Virus record (IMG/VR): IMGVR_UViG_3300011335_000264
Location: 1-33,535 of that record
DNA: 33,535 bases
From: a virus
Taxonomy: Duplodnaviria; Caudoviricetes
Reading direction: 5' to 3' (one strand)
Part shown: in pieces, positions 28,618 to 33,535 of the stretch
Layout: the number at the start of each line of letters is the position of its first letter
How positions within the stretch are numbered: the first letter of the stretch is position 1
Position numbers and translations under genes: made by a program
Notes under the pieces: generated by a model
Database searches by the model: none
What the model was told of the DNA's origin: nothing
The model's input: only the letters and a program-made list of their open reading frames with translations

Positions 28618-28621
28618 GTAA

Positions 28622-28885
28622 TTATTTTATTTCTTTAATGTCAAAATCAGTGCAGTTGAACTTGGTGTTTAGTCTGCGAACCTGTGCTAGTGCGTTACCT
28701 AAATTAGTATAACTTAGTTTTTGATACTTGAATCCAATTGTAGTCAATGTATGTATATGCTGTCTAATGCCGCAGATACTGCCTTGATAAGTTATTACAT
28801 AACATGCGTCTGCTGTGATTATATCCCAGGTTGAGCCAAGATCAAGTTCTATTGTTTTAATAATGTTTGGTCCAGGACGTGCCAT
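28622..28885 (-). CDS. phage hypothetical protein (87 aa, MARPGPNII...KYQKLSYTNLGNA...LN..F)
   Basis: Start reassigned to the TAATG overlap at 28885. Confidence 0.75.
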   Translation of the reverse strand: MARPGPNIIKTIELDLGSTWDIITADACYVITYQGSICGIRQHIHTLTTIGFKYQKLSYTNLGNALAQVRRLNTKFNCTDFDIKEIK

Positions 28886-29097
28886 TAGACTACCTTTGTT
28901 AGTAATGTATCTAAGTCTGGCATTGCTAGGTTGGCTAATGCCCAATTCTCTTCTTCCCAATATATGCTGTAATAGTCCCAATCAAATGAGAATCGCATGT
29001 CTTTGGCAAATCTCTTGCATACGTCTTTGAGTTCTTGTTCTTGTTCTTGATCCATGGCAGCAAATGCATACTGTGGTATTCTTGTTTCAACTATCAT
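28885..29097 (-). CDS. small acidic hypothetical protein
   Basis: Coupled on both sides (ATGA and TAATG). Confidence 0.7.
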   Translation of the reverse strand: MIVETRIPQYAFAAMDQEQEQELKDVCKRFAKDMRFSFDWDYYSIYWEEENWALANLAMPDLDTLLTKVV

Positions 29098-29441
29098 AGT
29101 TTAGTCCAATGTTGGTTAGGTCTTGCTCCGTGTTTCTTGTTGGGTTTGACTTCCCAGTGACGCCAATTTAAGCAGTTCTTATCTCCACAACTATGTACTA
29201 TTTCATTTTCTTCGCAGTCTATGTTAAACCAATCTCTGTATAAGATTCTACATAACTGTGTCATCTGTGGCTTGCCGTTCTTTTGCACACCAAATAATGG
29301 TCCGTGTTTGGTCTGTGAAAAGTTGGTACTGGGCCAACATTCATCGTCCGTGCCTTTGATGACTTTTTCATTTAGACGTTTAGAATTCCAGGACCAGTCT
29401 CCCATTGTTCTTTTGTGTTCTGGTTTTGTTTTGTTTACCAT
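29094..29441 (-). CDS. HNH-fold protein, degenerate
   Basis: DECW...CRILY...IVHSCGDKNCLNWRH matches the ECW..HR..H.C.N..C.NP.H pattern with substitutions. Confidence 0.7.
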   Translation of the reverse strand: MVNKTKPEHKRTMGDWSWNSKRLNEKVIKGTDDECWPSTNFSQTKHGPLFGVQKNGKPQMTQLCRILYRDWFNIDCEENEIVHSCGDKNCLNWRHWEVKPNKKHGARPNQHWTKL

Positions 29442-29465
29442 ATTATTTGCCTTTCGTGTTATGTG

Positions 29466-29471
29466 TATTTA
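29466..29471 (-). promoter_or_regulatory. TAAATA late-type promoter element
   Basis: acTAAATA upstream of the 29441 start. Confidence 0.55.
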
Positions 29472-29496
29472 GTTGATGTATTCTATATGTAGATAA

Positions 29497-29544
29497 CGAC
29501 TTGTGTTACACTATATGTGTTTTGTGTGTTTGTTATATCAACGA
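29497..29544. repeat. 48-bp direct repeat, copy 1 (overlaps the polymerase stop codon)
   Basis: CGACTTGTGTTACACTATATGTGTTTTGTGTGTTTGTTATATCAACGA; 47/48 identical to 30261-30308. Confidence 0.95.
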
Positions 29545-30582
29545 TTCATAGTCAAATTCTAAGTCAAATCCAGTATTATTTTTAATGTAATTTCTCAAAG
29601 AATCTATGTCTATTAGTAGTGCTGTAGTCCAGCCATCATGTTCTAAGAAATATCTGTTATTTGTTTCTGTCAAATAGTTAGTTACTTGATCTAAAACACG
29701 TCGTTCTAATTCTCTATATAAAGCCGTTTTCTGTTTACCTGAAATAGGTAGTGTTCTAGTTATGCCATTCTTATCTTCTTTAGTTCTCTTTTGTGTCTGT
29801 GGTTTGATATAAGTCCATAAGAGTTTGATGTCTTGCTTTAATCCAATAATGAATTCGTGTTGTTGTAGAAACTTAATCTTGGCTATATCTCCATTTAGTT
29901 CTAGAAAACTCGTACTTTGTGTATATGCACTGATCTGTCCTCCTTGGAATAAGCCATTAATAAGTCGTTTAATTACTTGTTCATCAACTTCTGCTTCTTG
30001 ACTTAGTTGTTGTCTAAACGCAGTTCTGTTCTTGATGTATTCGTTGATATAAAACAAATACTCATCCATGCCCAGTTGTTGACTGTATTGCAGTAATAGA
30101 TTTGGACAACTACATACAATGTCATAGTTGTGCATTAAGCCACTTTCTTTAAGGATTTGTTGCTTGTCATTGCGTCTTTGATTTTGCAGCCAATGCCAAC
30201 GTCTACTGCTTGAATCTTTATATTCAATGCCTGTGTTTAGTTCTGTTTTGAACTTATCTGCGACTTGTGTTACACTATATGTGTTTTGTGTGTTTGTTGT
30301 ATCAACGACATCCTCAAGGAATTTTAGTCCCTGTGTATTCAATAAATATTTCTTAGTAATCTTTAAGTCTTTATTATATCTCGTATCAATACAAATCAAT
30401 AACTGCTCTCGCAGATATCTGCTTAATTCGTGTTGTTGATTGCCAAAGTTATCTTTGTGATGTATCCATCTAGTTCCCAGTGCTTGTGGTCTAAGTTCTC
30501 TCAAATACTTCTTAGAGAAAGTAATTGCTTTAATGACTCTTTGTATTACACGTGGATCAGCAAAATTAGGTTGATATGTCAT
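29533..30582 (-). CDS. compact family-A-like polymerase (TV-Pol-like primase-polymerase candidate)
   Basis: SSRRWHWLQN, motif A YDIVCSCP, motif B IKRLINGLFQG, motif C FLEHDG; only 349 aa, no exonuclease domain. Confidence 0.65.
   Translation of the reverse strand: MTYQPNFADPRVIQRVIKAITFSKKYLRELRPQALGTRWIHHKDNFGNQQHELSRYLREQLLICIDTRYNKDLKITKKYLLNTQGLKFLEDVVDTTNTQNTYSVTQVADKFKTELNTGIEYKDSSSRRWHWLQNQRRNDKQQILKESGLMHNYDIVCSCPNLLLQYSQQLGMDEYLFYINEYIKNRTAFRQQLSQEAEVDEQVIKRLINGLFQGGQISAYTQSTSFLELNGDIAKIKFLQQHEFIIGLKQDIKLLWTYIKPQTQKRTKEDKNGITRTLPISGKQKTALYRELERRVLDQVTNYLTETNNRYFLEHDGWTTALLIDIDSLRNYIKNNTGFDLEFDYESLI
30261..30308. repeat. 48-bp direct repeat, copy 2 (inside the polymerase gene)
   Basis: Encodes the linker VVDTTNTQNTYSVTQV; one mismatch versus copy 1. 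Confidence 0.95.
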
Positions 30583-30799
30583 TTCTATTATTCCAATATT
30601 CTTCTGCTCGTGTTTGAAGTCTAATAAGATTTATTAGTGCAACTTGGTTGCCTGTGTTCATGTATTGAAGTATCAATCGTTGTCTATGATATTCACTCAT
30701 TGGCTTTAATGGGATATCATCCAATCTAGAACTTTTATTTTCTTGTGGTTTTGGATTACTTCTTATTTCTTCAATGGCTGAGATTAGTGGATGTGTCAT
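30566..30799 (-). CDS. hypothetical protein (77 aa)
   Basis: ATGA overlap with the upstream gene; overlaps the polymerase start. Confidence 0.65.
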   Translation of the reverse strand: MTHPLISAIEEIRSNPKPQENKSSRLDDIPLKPMSEYHRQRLILQYMNTGNQVALINLIRLQTRAEEYWNNRNDIST

Positions 30800-31218
30800 T
30801 TCTTACCTTTAAAAAGTTTAGTAAAGTCTGGAATAGTAGATTTCTTTACACCCTGTTCTTCAAATACTATATTTGGTACATCATAGATCTCACTCATCAT
30901 TCTAGTTAGGTTCTCAATGCCCAGGCATTGTCTGGGACTTAGGTCACGACGCTTTGGATCTTGTTCTAACTTAGTTAGTATGCCTTCTGCAAATGATTTT
31001 GGTGTGTTAAATGCATTACCAACTAAAGGCTGACGGGGTAAGTGTTCGTTGGGTTTGTTAAACCAAGTTTTAAAATCTAGTCTAGGATCCACTGACTCCA
31101 AACAGAGATAACCTAGCATAACGGTTTTGAGCCAATGCTGGTCTTCGGGTTTAATAGTACGTAAGATGTCTTTGGTAGTGACACCTGTGCGTGGTTTGTA
31201 AGTGATTGTTTCTTTCAT
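30796..31218 (-). CDS. hypothetical protein (140 aa)
   Basis: AAGGA RBS; first gene of the polymerase operon. Confidence 0.8.
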   Translation of the reverse strand: MKETITYKPRTGVTTKDILRTIKPEDQHWLKTVMLGYLCLESVDPRLDFKTWFNKPNEHLPRQPLVGNAFNTPKSFAEGILTKLEQDPKRRDLSPRQCLGIENLTRMMSEIYDVPNIVFEEQGVKKSTIPDFTKLFKGKK

Positions 31219-31240
31219 ATGTTTCCTTGTTTGCCTAAGT

Positions 31241-31278
31241 TATTTATCTATTGTAGTCTATTTCAGAACTGTTGTCAA
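31241..31278 (-). promoter_or_regulatory. tandem sigma70 promoter plus TAAATA element for the polymerase operon
   Basis: TTGACA-17-TACAAT (31278-31250), then TAAATA (31246-31241). Confidence 0.8.
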
Positions 31279-31291
31279 GTTTAATATAGCC

Positions 31292-31333
31292 AAAAAAAAA
31301 AGCCCTGAAACATATGCCGAATCAGGGCTTTTT
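31292..31333 (-). terminator. Rho-independent terminator
   Basis: AAAAAGCCCTGA...TCAGGGC followed by T10 on the minus strand. Confidence 0.9.
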
Positions 31334-31421
31334 AGTGCTAGGTCATTGCGACTTTGCTGTAAAGGGCTAACACATCAGGGGTACTTTGGCAAATAACGGG
31401 AAACACACTTGCCCTTTACAT
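31292..31421 (-). ncRNA. candidate small non-coding RNA (~130 nt)
   Basis: TAAATA at 31426-31431, 10-bp stem TGTAAAGGGC/GCCCTTTACA, terminator at the 3' end, only ATG-TAA at the 5' end. Confidence 0.5.
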
Positions 31422-31448
31422 AGTTTATTTATGCTAGATTGTCTTAAA

Positions 31449-32525
31449 TCATTCAGCATCAGCAACTAAATCAGTCCATGTGTTTTCCCAGAACGCAGGT
31501 TTAACGCCACGATCAAAGTCCAACTTCTTATTTGGATCTTGGATAAACTCAATGATCCAATACAACAAAAAGTCCAACTGTGGTTCTTTTGACGCAAAGT
31601 TAGTACTGCCAGCCATGTCATTTAACCAACTTGGTTTATTACCATTGCCACGTGTCTTACTCATTCCAGAATACTCAGCGGCAACAACTTCTACTGCTGT
31701 TAAATCACCTAGGGCAATAGCATTACGCAGATCATCCATTGATATATTAGCCAAAGTGTCAATGAACTGGAACAAGCGAACATTGTTAGGATAGTACTTT
31801 AGTGCGATTAGTGCGGCAGCAATAATGCTTTGGCTCTTCAAACCTTTGATCATGGGTTTGGTAATACTTGGTCCACCATTCTTTGGTAGTGTGTCTAGGA
31901 CTTTAAGTTCATCAAAGTTAAAGTTAAAACTGGATGCTACATCAGCATAGCCTTTGTCACCAGGACGACTTGATGCCCAATCTAATGCTGTCTTATAACT
32001 GCCATTGGCAAACATAGGTTGGCGTGCCTGCCATTGATAACGACGTGCCAATCCTTGCAGTAGTTGGTTGGTCTTCTCCACTGACTCTTTGCTGTTATAT
32101 GGATAGTAAGCAAAGTTGACATCATCCATACTGCTGAGATAATGAATCTTGGCAGTGATCTCAGGAGTCAATAATGCTTGTTGTGGATACTTAATCCAAT
32201 AGTGTTTGCGAGTAGCACCGTCAATGATGCTGACTTCTCCTGCTTTATAACTGCCAATCACTGCTTGAGTATCAGGATCAATGTCATCAAAGTCAGCGAC
32301 AACTACACCAATAGCCACTTCTGTAAGAGTGTGACTTTGGTTAGCCGTATACGCATTATCAAAGATAGATTTCATCTTTGTCACACGCATGTGGCTATTA
32401 CGTTGTACTGGTGCTGGGGGAAGTGTTATAAAATCGCTGACTGGGATGTTAGCAAAACTATGATCGCCTACTTTAACGGTAGGGTAAGTGTTTTGACCGA
32501 TGGTCAGGTTTTGGGTGTTAGTCAT
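31449..32525 (-). CDS. ParB/Srx-like N-terminal domain protein (DGxxR type)
   Basis: PVQRN...EVAIG...IIDGATR motif order; AGGAG RBS; own sigma70 promoter. Confidence 0.6.
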   Translation of the reverse strand: MTNTQNLTIGQNTYPTVKVGDHSFANIPVSDFITLPPAPVQRNSHMRVTKMKSIFDNAYTANQSHTLTEVAIGVVVADFDDIDPDTQAVIGSYKAGEVSIIDGATRKHYWIKYPQQALLTPEITAKIHYLSSMDDVNFAYYPYNSKESVEKTNQLLQGLARRYQWQARQPMFANGSYKTALDWASSRPGDKGYADVASSFNFNFDELKVLDTLPKNGGPSITKPMIKGLKSQSIIAAALIALKYYPNNVRLFQFIDTLANISMDDLRNAIALGDLTAVEVVAAEYSGMSKTRGNGNKPSWLNDMAGSTNFASKEPQLDFLLYWIIEFIQDPNKKLDFDRGVKPAFWENTWTDLVADAE

Positions 32526-32625
32526 AATGTCTCCTTTAAAAACTACTAAACTGCTGGTCCTCCATAGAATTATGGTTTAGACTGCTGGCTTAGTTCACCT
32601 TTAAGTTGTTATCAACTTAATCTTT

Positions 32626-32653
32626 ATTATACACTATTCACGTACAAGGTCAA
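32626..32653 (-). promoter_or_regulatory. sigma70-type promoter
   Basis: TTGACC-16-TATAAT. Confidence 0.75.
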
Positions 32654-32665
32654 TAGTGTATTTGC

Positions 32666-32836
32666 TCATTTCAATAATTCCAATTGTTGTTGTTTCTTTA
32701 ATATCTCAATCTGTAGTTCGTGTCTATTCTCTTCCAATGTAAGTTCAGCACGTACTATCTTTATAGCCTCGGCAATCTCCATGCCAGTATATAGTTGATA
32801 CATTTCACGTATTTGGTCTAGGCAGTCTTGGTTCAT
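32666..32836 (-). CDS. small coiled-coil early protein (56 aa, MNQDCLDQ...)
   Basis: ATG 1 nt after the upstream stop. Confidence 0.65.
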   Translation of the reverse strand: MNQDCLDQIREMYQLYTGMEIAEAIKIVRAELTLEENRHELQIEILKKQQQLELLK

Positions 32837-32837
32837 C

Positions 32838-32957
32838 TTAAAATCCAAATATTTTATCTGCTATTTTGAACATGACTTTGAGTAAGACACAGCCTATGGC
32901 AAAGAATGTAAAAAAGCCTATGACTACCATGCCTAAACCAAGTATTATTTCAAACAT
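32838..32957 (-). CDS. small membrane peptide (39 aa, MFEIILGLGMVVIGFFTFFAIG...), absent from the ORF track
   Basis: GGAG RBS, TAATG overlap, single hydrophobic helix. Confidence 0.7.
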   Translation of the reverse strand: MFEIILGLGMVVIGFFTFFAIGCVLLKVMFKIADKIFGF

Positions 32958-33166
32958 TATGCTGTCTCCAAAACTTTTCTCAACCCGCCTGCTTTATTGA
33001 TAGTGCTTTCGTGCCACCATTCTTGATTGTCTAATGTAATTGATTCAATCACCGGACAACCATTTTTATATCTAATGAATGTATTGATTTTATCAATGTC
33101 GTCTTGATGACCTTCAAACCAAATCAAACTTTGATTATCAGGATGATGATATGGAACTACTTTCAT
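32957..33166 (-). CDS. small early hypothetical protein (69 aa)
   Basis: GAGGAG RBS, TAATG overlap. Confidence 0.75.
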   Translation of the reverse strand: MKVVPYHHPDNQSLIWFEGHQDDIDKINTFIRYKNGCPVIESITLDNQEWWHESTINKAGGLRKVLETA

Positions 33167-33411
33167 TATGCTGTCTCCTCATCAGTGACAACTTCAACGC
33201 TTTCAATCTCATCTTGTTCCCATTCTTCATCATAGTCATAATGGGTAGTCAGTTCATTGGATAGTTCTTGATCTTGAGCCCAATCTTCAATGGTATCATA
33301 TTCGCTTTCGCCTTCTTGGATCAACGCATATTCTTCAGCACTGATCTCAAGTGTATGAGTAAGATGTCGCTCAACTTTGATCCAAGCAACTTGTTCTACA
33401 ATAACTTTCAT
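33166..33411 (-). CDS. highly acidic early protein (81 aa)
   Basis: Start reassigned to the ATG with AGAGGA RBS; 26 D/E versus 3 K/R. Confidence 0.75.
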   Translation of the reverse strand: MKVIVEQVAWIKVERHLTHTLEISAEEYALIQEGESEYDTIEDWAQDQELSNELTTHYDYDEEWEQDEIESVEVVTDEETA

Positions 33412-33464
33412 AATAAATCCTCTGTGTGTGTTAAGTGTGTTATGTTCTACGCTGAACATAGTGT

Positions 33465-33493
33465 ATTATACTATGTCAGCGTATTTGTGTCAA
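33465..33493 (-). promoter_or_regulatory. sigma70-type early promoter
   Basis: TTGACA-17-TATAAT perfect consensus. Confidence 0.9.
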
Positions 33494-33535
33494 TTATTTG
33501 ACAAATCCAAAATTCATACCATTGAAGTTGTCATT
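33494..33535 (-). CDS. 3' end of a gene entering from the right edge (...NDNFNGMNFGFVK*)
   Basis: Open frame whose TAA abuts the TTGACA, the same arrangement as at 104-106. Confidence 0.45.
   Translation of the reverse strand, partial: NDNFNGMNFGFVK

Noticed and set aside
29497-30308. DGR template/variable repeat pair
   Set aside because: Only 48 bp with one mismatch (T/C on the coding strand), different frames, no reverse transcriptase motif and no lectin-like target.
17780-31355. AAAGTCGCAA shared between the GNAT/dps gap and the candidate sRNA
   Set aside because: A single 10-mer match is compatible with chance, and no shared context is evident.
539-33411. Alternative genetic code or stop-codon reassignment
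   Set aside because: Genes tile densely and are full length under the standard code; the tRNA anticodon is TTG, not a suppressor.
866-33501. Numerous plus-strand ORFs in the track other than 17224-17763
   Set aside because: Antisense shadows of long minus-strand genes, mostly with non-ATG starts and no RBS or promoter.
1-33535. Exact circular closure of the window
   Set aside because: No terminal overlap. Joining the ends puts the left partial gene out of frame with the right-hand open frame, so some sequence is probably missing.

Overview
Most of a tailed dsDNA phage genome (podovirus-like), almost entirely on the minus strand. Read right to left it contains: (1) small early genes under near-consensus sigma70 promoters and a ParB-like protein; (2) a compact family-A-like polymerase gene carrying a duplicated 48-bp element; (3) two HNH-type genes and tRNA-Gln(UUG); (4) tail nozzle, PRTase, ejection proteins, Dps and one plus-strand GNAT; (5) terminase, portal, scaffold, major capsid, adaptor, two fibres and a holin-like gene; then (6) early promoters again. 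The most striking signal is a T4-late-type TAAATA element in nearly every intergenic gap of the middle/late region. No sigma factor, helicase, SSB or endolysin is recognisable in the window. This raises the hypothesis of a capsid-forming phage wired to the late transcription machinery of a large T4-like helper, or to its own unusual polymerase. Other notable items are a candidate ~130-nt sRNA and Russian-doll nested domain insertions in the tail nozzle. Family assignments come from motif recognition by eye; no database searches were run.
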